From assembly GCA_010093995.1 (NCBI GenBank), contig ML992505.1, forward strand, positions 1,319,147-1,383,146: DNA of 64,000 nucleotides. The letters run 5' to 3'. The DNA comes from Elsinoe ampelina. Its lineage: Eukaryota. The position numbers and the translations under genes are program-made. Within the stretch, counting starts at the first letter, position 1; each line of letters begins with the position of its first letter. This document shows, piece after piece, positions 32,759-44,539 of the stretch. The notes under the pieces were generated by a model. That model was given only the letters and a program-made list of their open reading frames with translations. It was not told where the DNA came from and made no database searches.

Positions 32759-35446
32759 TCATACACTAGCTGCATCTTCATCGTCACTCAATCCGAGACT
32801 TCCGGTGCCAAAAGTGGCATCACACCAGTCTGCAAAGACGTCGCTGCTCCATATCTCATCCTCTCTGCCTTTACCCTTCTTACTCAGCTTGCCCAGCTTG
32901 ACCGGTCCTTTGCCTTCTGCTTGCAGGTCTACCCAATCTTCATAAGCCAGAATGACCTGATCTTTGACGGCTGCCACGAGCGTCTCTCTCGTTCTCAGAT
33001 CGTCGATGTACTCCTCCAGCTTCTTCCGGAGAAACACGACGTCCTTCTCTGCCAATCCTCTGACTGCTGTTGTCGCCCGCTGAGGGTCCATTGCACCATC
33101 CTTCGACTTCTTCGCTCCAGACAACTCTGTCAGTGGCGCTGTGATCCTGCTGGAGAAGCTGTTGACAAAATCATTAATGACTGTCCGCAGTCGTCCATCT
33201 AATTCAGCCTTTGCATCCAGCATATTTTCCACAACCCGTGGGAGTAGCCCGCCAGAAGCTAGGTTGTACCACGTGTTTGGGTTCCAGAGTCCTCCGCGAT
33301 CACGCAATTCATAGAAAGTGTTGGTCAAACTTGAAAAGTCGAAAGTGATCTCTGGGGCGACAAACTCAATGTCGAACGCCACAATCTGCTGCTTGAGTCG
33401 CAGTAGATGTGAGATGAGAAAGAGGTTCGCGTCTGTCGGGGATACCTTTGAGGCGATCTGTGTCGAAGCATTGACCAAAGAGAGCGTTGTGCTGTGCACA
33501 ATCCGATGAGCAAGATCATCAAACACTGAAGACTGAGCCGCTGTCAGTGCGTGAACATAAGAAATGCAGTCATCAAACTTACGTTGACAAGCCGGTAAAT
33601 CCTACTCAACAATCGGATCGCCTTTGGCAGTGTTGGGTACCAGTCAGTGCTTGACTTGTCGAGTTGAGCCCAATGGCTGTCGTCAAGGTCGGCGTCATCT
33701 TTGTCGGCCGTTGTCGGAGTGAGTATGGATTTATCCGTGCCATTCTTGGTCACCTTACGGCCTGACAGGACAGGCTGTTTGCCGTTGACTCCAGCGGACG
33801 ATCTTCTTCGTGCTGCTCGCGGGTATGCAAGGTCTTCCGGTTTTGGCTTGTAGTACTCAATGTCGTCTCGCAATACACTCATAGCTAGGAACACCAGACG
33901 AGTCTGAGCGTCAGCGAGAGCGGGCTGTACCAATGCGGCAAAGTTGAGCTTCCTCCCATGATGACCGTTTGTGTAGCCATTATCCAGATCGTCGTCTTCG
34001 TCTTCATTCTCCACGAAGCTAGTCTGCAAAAAGGTACACAGTTCGCAGAGCTTGGATAGCTTTGTCTCATGGATAATCCGTGGCCGAACATAGTCGAACA
34101 AAGGCTCGCACATGGACTCAAGAAAGTCATAGACTCCGCCATCAACGACAAACCACTCGCACCAGAGGTCGTACTCGTCCAGGCAGATACCACGTATGAA
34201 TCCAATAGCGCCACGAGAGAACGCCACGAGATCTCGGACTGAGCTGTCCACAGCCGCGATCTCTGACATCTTCTTGGCCACAATTGGCAAGATAAGTCGA
34301 CCTCGAGTGGCCGAGTAGCTTTGATACATCTCGTTCATCAGACTCTGATACTCTGCTTCACCTTCAGCTTCGGCATTCGCAGGAGGAACAGCTCGCTTTA
34401 GTATCTCAAGACCAAGATCTCGAAGTTCCGGCGCGGTCACCCTGAATTTGGCATAGAGTAGAGCTGATTGTGTTGTGTCGTTGAGCTGCTTGTCGGCTAT
34501 TCGTCGCGACACATCCGCGGCCAGCGACCTCAGCGTTTCAGTGAAATGGACGCGAATCAGAGTCAAAGCTCGAGTAAGCAGAAGTCGATATCGAGCTTGG
34601 TATGTAGCTGCTTCACGTTGCTTGGGATGTCCTTGCATGTAGTCTAGACACGAGTCCAGATTTGCTAGCATTTCGGGAAATTCGCTTCGTGTGACTACGC
34701 TCGTTGCTCCTGGGGCATTGAGTCGCCGGGTGATGGGTTCGAGGTAAGCATAGTATTGCACGTTCTCTTTCATGTCGTCCGCAAGCTTCGTCATCCGCTT
34801 CTGCTCGGCAATTATGCTCTGACATTGCTGATGAAAGGCATGGGTCTGTTCTTCGACGATGCGAAAGGATTCGGATAGGGAGCTCAAGAGATTCAGGGAG
34901 GAAGTTGTAGATTGAAGGAGGGAGTCGAGGTGGTTCTGGGATATTTCGAGTTGGTCATGATATAATCTGACGAAGCGTGTCAGTCTACCAAATGTCTCCA
35001 AGCCGGCATGCATCTTGACCTACTCGTAATCCTCGTGGCTGGCATGGAACAGATCGTCCTCAATGCTTATATCATCCACATGTTGTCGCCTGTAGGTACC
35101 GCCGGCAGCGTCAACAGAGTCTATGCTTCTCCGTCGATCCAGCTGTTCTGAGCTAGATTTTTGAATTGTTAAGCTTGCGAGATCATGCCATGATGTCGCT
35201 CTGGGTAAGCATTCCGCTTGAGGTGGTCCAGTGGTCAGATCCTCCTCATACCCAGACTCGAGGATAGGATCTATAATCGCATCAGGCCCTGTCGAATCCT
35301 GGCCGATATCAGACCAGAACACACCAGTGTAGGAAAGACACTCTTACGTTTATTGGCTGAAGCAATGAAGCTCGCCGTCGATGACCCGACTTGTCCTCAC
35401 GAGCAGACGAGCTCGGCACAAAGCTGCTGAGCCAAGCTTCGTCCAT
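32759..35446 (-). CDS. COG3: Conserved oligomeric Golgi complex subunit 3 (Sec34)
   Basis: MDEAWLSSF..HRRRASLL; YYAYLEPITRRLNAPG; ALLYAKFR; WYPTLPKAIRLLSRIYRLVN; DANLFLISHLLRLKQQIVAFDIEF; DAKAELDGRLRTVINDF. Confidence 0.92.
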
Positions 35447-35753
35447 GGTATACTGTGGTGAAGCATTGATGCTGCACGCTGCAATCACTGTGCTCTGAAC
35501 CCTTCAAAGTCGCTCCTGTTGACCCGCAATTCAGGGCCAGCATGTCGGGAACATTTTCGAAAGGTCCGACTTCGGGAAGACGGATACAAGCGAACCAATG
35601 ACAGAGCTGCCCATACTGGTGACGTCTGCATGGTCAGGGTTCACTCATGATGAGATCTTTCGAGCCAATCTGTGTCTCGGCGATCAGATCTGGTTCGGTT
35701 CAACAACTTGCGTTTGTTCTACATTGTTTCCACCATAAGTTTTTCATACGACC

Positions 35754-37535
35754 ATGCAGAGAGGACGAGTCATCCCGGAAGCAGTATCAAAAGGTTCACG
35801 AACAGTTTCGACACGATCGAGGCTTAATTATCGACACCAGAATGGACGACTAGCTACTTCGACTGCATATGCCAACCGACGGCAGCAACATTTCTTCAGA
35901 TCTGTGGTTGCCGTAGCCTTTGCTGGCGGTGTGGCGACGGCATCACAGTACTACCTCAATAACAATCGATTTGTACGCGAAGGCCATGCGGAGACACTAG
36001 AAGAGACGGAGCTCCAATTTGAACAATCAAAGAAGAGAAAGGGTGCTTCCAAGGAGGAGATTAGGGACTTGATCAGTTCACAACATCTGCAAGTCAAAAG
36101 GTCATGGGAGAATCCTGGAGTTTATGCCTGGGGAAGCAATGCTGGAAGAGTGGTTGCTCCTGATTCAACAGAAGCATTCATCAAAACTCCCCGGCGGATG
36201 AAGTGGTTCGACAACCAGTTATTGAGAGATCTCAAGCTCGACAAGATGTTTGGTGCGGCCATCGACGAGTACGGCAATCTGCTACAGTGGGGTACTGCAT
36301 ACGCACAGGACTGTATGGCTCCTGCAAAGACATTACGAGGGAAGGATTTAGTATCACTATCCGTGTCTCGTGATCGCATCATCGCCCTTTCATCATCTGG
36401 CAAAGTCTACTCTGTGCCAGTGTCGAGGGAAGATCAGGAAGCTGGAAGCAAGCCAAGTGAGGCAAGCTGGATACCTTTCTGGAACGGCAAGTCCCCCATC
36501 AGCTATAGGAAGATTGCTCCTAAGGATCTGGCATGGAATGAGAAGGTCACAAAGGTAACGAGCGGTCTTGAGCACATGCTCATGATTACGAACAAGGGCC
36601 GCATATTCTCGGCTGCGGCAGCATCTGATTCATTTCCTGCTCGAGGTCAACTTGGAATACCAGGTCTCACCTGGTTGACGAAGCCGGATGGACCATACGA
36701 CATGGCTCATGAGATCAAGACACTGAAGGGATTTGAGATGACGGACATTGCTTGTGGCGACTACCACAGTCTGGCCCTGGACAAGGAAGGGCGTGTCTTT
36801 GGCTTTGGCGACAACAGCTCTGGACAGCTTGGATTTGAGTACAGCTCTGAAGCCAACGCAGTGGACGTGCCAACACTGCTACCAACGACCAAGCTCTACT
36901 CCGGATCTTCCCAAACGTTGAAAGTCACATCGCTCGCTGCTGGAGGATCAAATTCTTACTTTACGATAGACGCCACCAAAGTTGCACCCCCTGGTGCCAC
37001 TGCCGAGGAGATTCGGGGTGTTGGTCGCGTCTCTGCAGACACATTTTCCTTTGGTTCTGGTATTTGGGGAAACCTTGGAAATGGCCGATGGACCCACGTG
37101 CAATCCACACCGACCAAAATCCCGTCACTGTCGTCACTATTCGAGTACGATGAGATCAAGAACCAGACTATACCCATCCGATTGGCCTACCTCAGCGTGG
37201 GCGCAACCCATGCAGCCGCGGTGATGGACAACGTGACGTACATGGATGCCTCGGCCAAAAGTTCAGAGAATGATACCAATTGGGGTGCAGATATTGTGTT
37301 CTGGGGCAACAATGAGTTCTTCCAATTGGGCACCGGGAAGAGGAATAATGTCAGCACACCTACCTACATTCAACCCCTGGACCAGGTGGCAGAGCGGAAA
37401 GTCCGTGGCAAGGAAGAACACCGGTTCCATATTACGCCGAGAAAGACGGTCCGCTTAGGTGATGGTCGAAAGAGATCCATAGAGCAACGGGTAGAATGTG
37501 GTCGTGGTTGTACGGCGGTTTATTCGAAAGCCTAG
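35754..37535 (+). CDS. FMP25: Mitochondrial RCC1-repeat protein, Fmp25-like
   Basis: Arg-rich presequence, TM segment, ENPGVYAWGSN, and RCC1 repeats (SGLEHML, ACGDYHSLALDKEGRVFGFGDNSSGQLG, WGNNEFFQLGTG). Confidence 0.85.
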   Translation: MQRGRVIPEAVSKGSRTVSTRSRLNYRHQNGRLATSTAYANRRQQHFFRSVVAVAFAGGVATASQYYLNNNRFVREGHAETLEETELQFEQSKKRKGASKEEIRDLISSQHLQVKRSWENPGVYAWGSNAGRVVAPDSTEAFIKTPRRMKWFDNQLLRDLKLDKMFGAAIDEYGNLLQWGTAYAQDCMAPAKTLRGKDLVSLSVSRDRIIALSSSGKVYSVPVSREDQEAGSKPSEASWIPFWNGKSPISYRKIAPKDLAWNEKVTKVTSGLEHMLMITNKGRIFSAAAASDSFPARGQLGIPGLTWLTKPDGPYDMAHEIKTLKGFEMTDIACGDYHSLALDKEGRVFGFGDNSSGQLGFEYSSEANAVDVPTLLPTTKLYSGSSQTLKVTSLAAGGSNSYFTIDATKVAPPGATAEEIRGVGRVSADTFSFGSGIWGNLGNGRWTHVQSTPTKIPSLSSLFEYDEIKNQTIPIRLAYLSVGATHAAAVMDNVTYMDASAKSSENDTNWGADIVFWGNNEFFQLGTGKRNNVSTPTYIQPLDQVAERKVRGKEEHRFHITPRKTVRLGDGRKRSIEQRVECGRGCTAVYSKA

Positions 37536-39336
37536 ATCACACTTCTTGATTACTATAAAGTTTACACAAACAACGTTATGACGGAATGCAAAGAATACAA
37601 TTATGAACTGGTTGAATTCGTTATTGGCGACGTCTCTTCAACTGTTGCGCTACCTACTACAGGAAGGTCGGCTTGATTCCTCGGCCAAATTTACAATTGG
37701 ACTCCTTGGGCAATGTCATTGATGTAAAGTATGCTACTCTAACGTCGGCTGCGAACTCCTGCAAGAATGCTGCATGCACGATTGTCCGGTGCTGAGAGTG
37801 AAACGTCTTTCGAAAGGTGCTGGGCTCTGGCTCGGCATGCTACTGCAACTCACTGGTGTCAGTGCCATCCCTGACCATGCACAGGACCACGCGAGTACTC
37901 GTTAGCGATCCCGTCCTGCAGGGACGTCGGACAGGCAGTCTAGTTGACCCGCGTCGAGTCTCATCACGGCATGGACCATTTCCATCAATAGAAGACGACG
38001 CGGCAGCCGCTCCTTTCTATATCCTCACGTCAGCAACAAGTGAGATGGTGTGAGACCATATGAGATGCCCCTCCTCATTTCCAGAGTCACGATCAGCTCC
38101 AGTTCATCGACGGTGCTCGATCAAGCGTATTCCGGCCCTACACAAATTCAGAGGTCCACTATTGCATCCATCTTTTTGGCTTCTTCCACAATCCACCCGA
38201 GCAAGAAAACCGCCAGGACGCTAAGGGATTACATTCCTTAGTTATGAATGCACGGCACAAGACGCAGTGATGCCGGCAAAAGCTCCTAGGGCGTCCGTCC
38301 GACGGTTGCCACCCAACAGCCATGGGAGTACGTGACTACTCATCGGCTTTAGTGGTCGGCTTGACAATACTTGCACCCTGACTGTAGAGATGGGCTACGT
38401 ACGACACGGCTTGACAGATCTTGGTATCAAGTGTTTGCGATACATTTCCCGTCTATCCAGTGACTTGCCGACAAAGCCGAGGTGCCTCGCTCTATGGCAT
38501 CTATGCGAGCATCCTGTGCGGGGCCCAGCTCATCAGTGTATGGTTCCTCGGTCGGACATTTCATCCTCCATGCTCCACCCGATCAGAAACGTAAATTTCC
38601 TCTCACATCTTCCCAGGGGGATCCACAACCAAAGCCCTTTGACCGGCAACGCCGCGGTCAATCGTCCCGTAGATCGCCCTATCGTGACCAAAGCTTCCTG
38701 CACCTCTGGCGTCTCTGGGATTTCTGGATGCAGGTACAGGTCCTTGAGAACTGCTTCTTCGGGACCAGGTCGACTGCGGCAGACACCTCTGGTCGAACAG
38801 TGCACGCCACGACCGGGGTTCCTACGCCACCCAATCTGCCCTCTTCATCTGCTGCTGACTCGTCAATTGGGACTCCTCCACAAAGCGACAGAAAAGTGCT
38901 CATCGGAATTTCTAGTCCTTTGGCATGCCGCGCCGAGACGAGTCTGAACCGTTCGACCATGCGCTGCTGCGCCGTTGACGGGTTCCTCGTTGACCCACCG
39001 TTTGACTCTCGGTTGCAATAGGTGCTCGATAGACGGTCCCCTTTCGCGAGCTAATACTCATCGATTACCATGTCATGCTGGGTCATCCCGGCACCTTGGG
39101 ATGGCTGAGGTATGGGTTTTTTTCTTCTCTTACAATAGTCGATTCCCCTAGATTGCTCTGCACCCCTGTCCGACGTCTTTTGCAACCACGGATCGACCAC
39201 AGCGATCCCATGGTCTGAGCACCTGTGCTGCCCTCAACAACTCTTACTCAAGTGGTGGTCCTGCTCCATATCTTCTTGAGCTCGACTGCACCTTCTTCAC
39301 TACATCTGCTGTTGAACGACTTGTTCTCAACTGGTC

Positions 39337-40559
39337 ATGGCGGACGACAAGTCACAGCAAGTGCTTGCACTGGCGATAGTGTTTATGACATTCACCGTCT
39401 GCACTGTAGCTACTAGATTCTACGTCCGGTAGGTTTAAGCTTCAAAAGACTACATGCATTGGTGGCCTAAAGAGGATCGCAGTGTTGGGATCATCAAGGC
39501 CATAGGTAGCGATGACTGGACTATGCTGGCTGCCTTTGCCAGCTTCATGGGCTACCTTGCATGCCAAATCGGTGGAGTGCGACATGGTACAGGTCGTCGG
39601 ATTGATGATCTCGAGCGAGACGAGGCACAGAAAGCCTTGAAAGTCAGTGCATTGCCCACTCATGTATACAGCCACCCTAACCTGGCCGTAGTACTGGTTC
39701 TTCTGCGAGTTCTTCTATGCCCCTGCGACTACACTTCTCAAGGTTTCGGTTGGTCTCTTCTTGCTACGAATTACCCCCAGCAAGGTACACATCTGGATCA
39801 TCCGACTCTTCATTGCTGGTAGTATACTGTTTGGTACCTTTTACTGGTTCCTTATCATATTTCAATGCAACCCTGTCTCCTTCTGGTGGGATCTCAACCC
39901 CGACAGCACTGGCAAATGCATCAGCCCAACAGCATTCGCGGTCTGTGCGTACATCATCTCAGCTCTCAACACCGCAGCCGATCTTGTCTTTGCTATCCTC
40001 CCCATGTTCCTCGTGTGGAAGACTAGCATGACTATGCGGACTAGAGTCTTGGTCTGTTCACTTCTCGGGCTCGCTTCGATGTACGTATTTATAAACCCCA
40101 TCCTGTCTTGTCATACATTTTAACACGTGCAACAGCGCGGGTATTGCCACGATTGTCCGTATTCCCTACCTTCACACCCTCAACCACTACAAGGGCGACT
40201 TCCTCTGGAACACCACCGAAGTTGCCATGCTCAGTACCGTCGAGATGGGCCTCGGCATCACGGCTGCATCTGCCGCGACCTTCCGTCCGCTTGTCCAACG
40301 ATGGATCGGTGGTGGCAATAGCGCTACTTGCGTGGTCAGCAACCACAATGGTGGCTTCGCGGGAGGTCGTTCCATGCGACTGCAAAACATGGAGACTGGC
40401 ATCGGTGGACGTCCGGGGACAAAGAACACCACATACATCGCGACGGTCACGAGAGGTGATAGCTGGAGTAGGATGCCGGATCTCATTCCTACGACCGAGA
40501 GCAAGGAAGCACTGAATGATGGGCGGTCGTCGGCGAGAGGCAGTGATGACGCGGTATGA
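39337..40559 (+). CDS. PTH11-like (fungal rhodopsin-domain) integral membrane protein, no CFEM (4 exons)
   Basis: MADDKSQQVLAL..TRFYVR|..GSDDWTML; LLKVSVGLFLLRI; FQCNPVSFWWD..GKC; ALNTAADLVFAILP; STVEMGLGITAASAATFRPL. Confidence 0.85.
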
Positions 40560-41112
40560 GGAGGAGAACATGGTGGTCATTTGTTGCTTTTGATACCCTC
40601 CCGGATTGGGCATAGCATGGCGCTGGATAATGATTTGATCAGCATGAGGAGGTGGAGTTCAGCATCCGTGGTTCTCTTGGTTAGCTTGCTCGGTGGTCCA
40701 TCTGGCCACACAATGCGTGCCTTGCGTCCCGAATATGCATGGTCTTTACCCAAAGACGACATCCCCTATTGTACACATCATGGACTTCCAAGGATATAAA
40801 TTGCATAGTGCCTCAATTAGCAAGCATACAAGTACTCGGCAGGAAATGATATTGATCCTCCACCTCCGCCGACCTCGGCCATGCCCCGCTCTCGACCCCT
40901 CCCACAATGTTGCGACGTCAGGCCCACAGCATGGCGAGAAGCACTTTTGCTAAGCCTTTGACTTCAATAATACTCTACAGTACTTTTGCAGATCCGGAGA
41001 ATCACAAAAGCCAAGCAGTGGTCTAGAGAATTATCGACTCGGCCTGCTAGACCGCGAGTACCGGCACAAACCACATTCCTCCCATCAACCAACACCCCCT
41101 TTCCCCCCCACC

Positions 41113-42452
41113 ATGACTACCACAATCAAGGACCTCATCACCACCCACCGCCCCCCACTCGACCCCTACATCGCCCTCTACAAACATTTCCACGCCCACC
41201 CTGAGCTCTCCCTCAACGAATCCTCCACCGCTGCCACCATCATCACCCACCTCCAATCCCTCTCCCCCTCCCTGCAAATCACCCCCTCCCTAGGCGGCCA
41301 CGGCCTCACCGCCGTCCTCCGCAACGGTCCGGGCCCCACCGTCCTCCTCCGCGCCGACATCGACGCCCTGCCCGTCCGCGAACTCACCTCCCTCCCGTAC
41401 GCCTCCACCATCACCATGCGCGACGCCTCCCTCCCCGCTTCCCACCCGGACGCCCAGAAACTAAAACCCGTCATGCACGCCTGCGGCCACGACATGCACA
41501 TGACCTCCCTCCTCGCCGCGGCCGACTTCTTCCTCTCCACCCTCCCCTCCTGGTCAGGCACGCTGATCTTCCTCTTCCAGCCCGCGGAGGAGAAAGGGTC
41601 CGGCGCCCGCGCCATGCTCGCTTCCCAACTCTACACCCACGTCCCCGTTCCCGATGTCGTGCTGGGGGGCCACCTGATGCCCTTCCGCGCCGGGTCCGTC
41701 GGGACCAGGAAGGGCATCGTGGCCTCTTCGGCCGATAGTCTGGACGTGACGGTGCACGGGCGCGGGGGCCACGCGTCCCAGCCGCAGCAACTGGTTGATC
41801 CCGTGGTGTTGGCGAGCGCGGTCGTGTTGCGTCTGCAGACGTTGGTGAGCAGGGAGACGGATCCGAGGGACCACGCTGTTGTTACTGTGGCGAGTGTGCA
41901 GGCCGGGGACGCGGAGAATGTGGTTGCTGATGAGGCGTTGTTGAGGGTGGATATTAGGGCGATGAGGGCCGAGGTGAGGGAGCATTTGGTCAAGGGCGTG
42001 GAGAGGATTGTCAGGGCGGAGTGTGTGGCGAGTGGGTGTGTCAAGGAGCCGGAGTTTAGGGTTACGAGGACGTTTCCTTTGTTGGTCAATGAGGAGGAGG
42101 CGACGGTGAGGGTGGGGAGGGCGTTTGGGGAGTACTTCGGTGCTGATCATGATGGGGAGGCGGAGAGGTTGGGGGGGAGTGAGGATTTCGGGGAGCTTGG
42201 TAGGTGGTCGACTGTTGGTGTGAACATGATGTGCTGACTGGTGTAGCGACGGCGATTGGCAAACCTTCGGTGTTTTGGACTTACGGTGGTACGCCGCATG
42301 ATAAGTGGGATGCGGCCGTCAAGGCAAACAGGGTCAAAGAGGATATCCCGATCAATCACTCGGCCAAATTTGCACCGGATATCATGCCGACTTTGCAAGT
42401 GGCTATTGACGCATATGCAGTGGCAGCACTGTCGTGGCTGAAGAAGTCGTAG
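41113..42452 (+). CDS. Peptidase M20D amidohydrolase (hippurate hydrolase-like), intron about 42201-42247
   Basis: HAHPELSLNE, LRADIDALP, MHACGHD, FQPAEE, GRGGHAS.P, GSEDF and NHSAKFAP. Confidence 0.92.
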
Positions 42453-42702
42453 AGCGTGGCAGATCTATGAGTGTCTGGAATTCAGCGCGATAGGAGTGCT
42501 ATTCAGACTTGGAACGCCACGAAAGTGTGTGGGTGTTGAGCACAATGGGATGGACCGCATGCCGTCGGATTCTCATTGCCACTACCTACCTGTGCAGATC
42601 GACAAAGCTGGATAAGAGGGCTCATGGTATGATTGTACATGACTACGAAAGCGTCAGCCTGCGTTCTGATGGCTCGGAGGATGGGTCGAAGATGCTCTCG
42701 AT

Positions 42703-44241
42703 TCAATCGAACCACGGCAACCTGGAATCCAGCAGGTCTCTTTGTCCATAGAACTCCCCAGCAATGGTGATGATGGTATGCAAAGTCGCCATCGTAGTCT
42801 GATTGGGCACTTCTTCCACGTCGGCAGTCGTATCGCCACTGACCACCTTGGCATCCACCTCACCGCCCTCAACATCCACAGTCGTTGTCTTCTTCAGCCC
42901 ATCCGAAGCCGCCCTCTTCGTGATTTGCTCAGCCGGGTCTTCACAGGCACGCACAGCAGCGGCCGCTTCTCTCTGGATAACCCCAATCTTCAGCGCAGCT
43001 AGAGCCCACCCAGCCCGCTTCGCAAGATCCCTCACAACCACAATCTCTTCACTGGTCAGACCTCCTTTGTCCCCTAACCGACCAAGCAGAAACCAAGTCC
43101 AAGCTCCAAACCGAGCCGGCAGGTTCTCCTGCTTGTTGATCGCTTCATCGATGTCCTCGTCCAGTACAGTGATTACCTTGAGCACGTCCTTATTGTCTGA
43201 CCGGGCGATCATATGTAGAGTCGGACCAGCGTGGCCGAACAGAGATGGTCGACCGCCCCTGTGGTTCCTGCTTTTGAAGAGATCCTTTGAAGAGAGGAGG
43301 TGTGGTAGACCCGTAGCATCATCAGTGTGCGATGCCGGCTTGACAGTCTGATTCGGAAGCAATGCCTGTATCTTCTGTTGATGAGCCTCAAACCTCCTGC
43401 ACAAAGCCTGATAGTACAGATCTTGAGCAGTAATAGCCTTCTCCGGTCCGGAAATTTCAGGCGCAGCATAACACACCCCGTCCTCGTAGTACAAGCCATC
43501 CTCCTCCCAGTCCTCCTCGTACCCATTCCATGCAGCATCCTGCTCCGTCTGCCCTGCCTCTTGACCATACCCGTCCGTGTCGCCCGCCACCTCACCCTCC
43601 GGCCCTTCCCACTTGCTAGACCCAGCATGCAACACCCCCGGCAACCCCTGCGCCTCCTCCCTCACCTGGCGCAAATACTCCCAAGCATCCCTGCTCTCGA
43701 CCCCTCCCTCGCCTTCAATTCCATCTCTATTGACATCCCCGTTCTCTGCTCCCCCGTCCCCACCCACGTTCTCAGCCCCGTCCCCTTCCCCTCTCCCTAC
43801 CGGCTCAGGAAACGCCCCCATCTGCCCAAACCTCTGATCCACCACCGGCCTATTCCGCCTCTGCTCCTGCCTCGGCCTCTTATGTCCCGCTCCTCCCCCC
43901 TCTGCATCGTCCCTATCATTACCGGAGTGGTATATCTGCTGCCTTTTCTCCGCTACGTAGGAGTAGGGCCCTGTGGGCGCCGCGGAGGAGAAGGAGTCGG
44001 CGTAGGAGATTTGACGGCGGCCTGCTGAGGCAGAAGAGGTAGTGGGTGGAGGGGCTGTGGGTGCGGGGGTCGTGAGGGCAGGGATGGGGTCGGAGGTGGT
44101 GTTGACTGCAGAGGCGCCGAGAGGCGAGGGAGAGTCGTCGTAGGTCATTGCTGATGCGGCGGCGGCGAGTTGGGCGCTATAGTTTGAAGAGGTGGCGGCT
44201 ACTAGGCCGTCTTCGTAATCGGTGCGCTTGCGTTTTGACAT
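42703..44241 (-). CDS. Gemin2/SIP1/Brr1-family snRNP assembly factor
   Basis: GQMGAFP; AWEYLRQVREEAQGLP; WTWFLLGRL..EEIVVVRDLAKRA; TIITIAGEFYGQRDLL. Confidence 0.72.
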   Translation of the reverse strand: MSKRKRTDYEDGLVAATSSNYSAQLAAAASAMTYDDSPSPLGASAVNTTSDPIPALTTPAPTAPPPTTSSASAGRRQISYADSFSSAAPTGPYSYVAEKRQQIYHSGNDRDDAEGGGAGHKRPRQEQRRNRPVVDQRFGQMGAFPEPVGRGEGDGAENVGGDGGAENGDVNRDGIEGEGGVESRDAWEYLRQVREEAQGLPGVLHAGSSKWEGPEGEVAGDTDGYGQEAGQTEQDAAWNGYEEDWEEDGLYYEDGVCYAAPEISGPEKAITAQDLYYQALCRRFEAHQQKIQALLPNQTVKPASHTDDATGLPHLLSSKDLFKSRNHRGGRPSLFGHAGPTLHMIARSDNKDVLKVITVLDEDIDEAINKQENLPARFGAWTWFLLGRLGDKGGLTSEEIVVVRDLAKRAGWALAALKIGVIQREAAAAVRACEDPAEQITKRAASDGLKKTTTVDVEGGEVDAKVVSGDTTADVEEVPNQTTMATLHTIITIAGEFYGQRDLLDSRLPWFD

Positions 44242-44539
44242 GGCCGAGTGTGAAGAGGCGATTGTGAGGTTGGAGGTTTCACAAGGAGCGGAAAAAATGA
44301 TTGAAGCTATAAGTTATCTCCGACATCAGGGTATATCGCGGCAAATCAGCGCCTCGCACACATTGACAGTGCAGGAAACAATAGAAATCATATTCTAGCA
44401 TGAACAAAATTTTGAGATGAACAGCCGTGTACTCATACATTGCCTCTCAATCATATATCTCTAGCTAGATGCTGTGACTCCCATCAACCAGACTCCTGTG
44501 TCTGCTCATAATGCGCTATCCTGCAACAAACAAACGTCC

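Noticed and set aside
38390..39021. Overlapping 185-aa and 179-aa ORFs
   Set aside because: No motifs; they lie in the upstream region of the PTH11-like gene.
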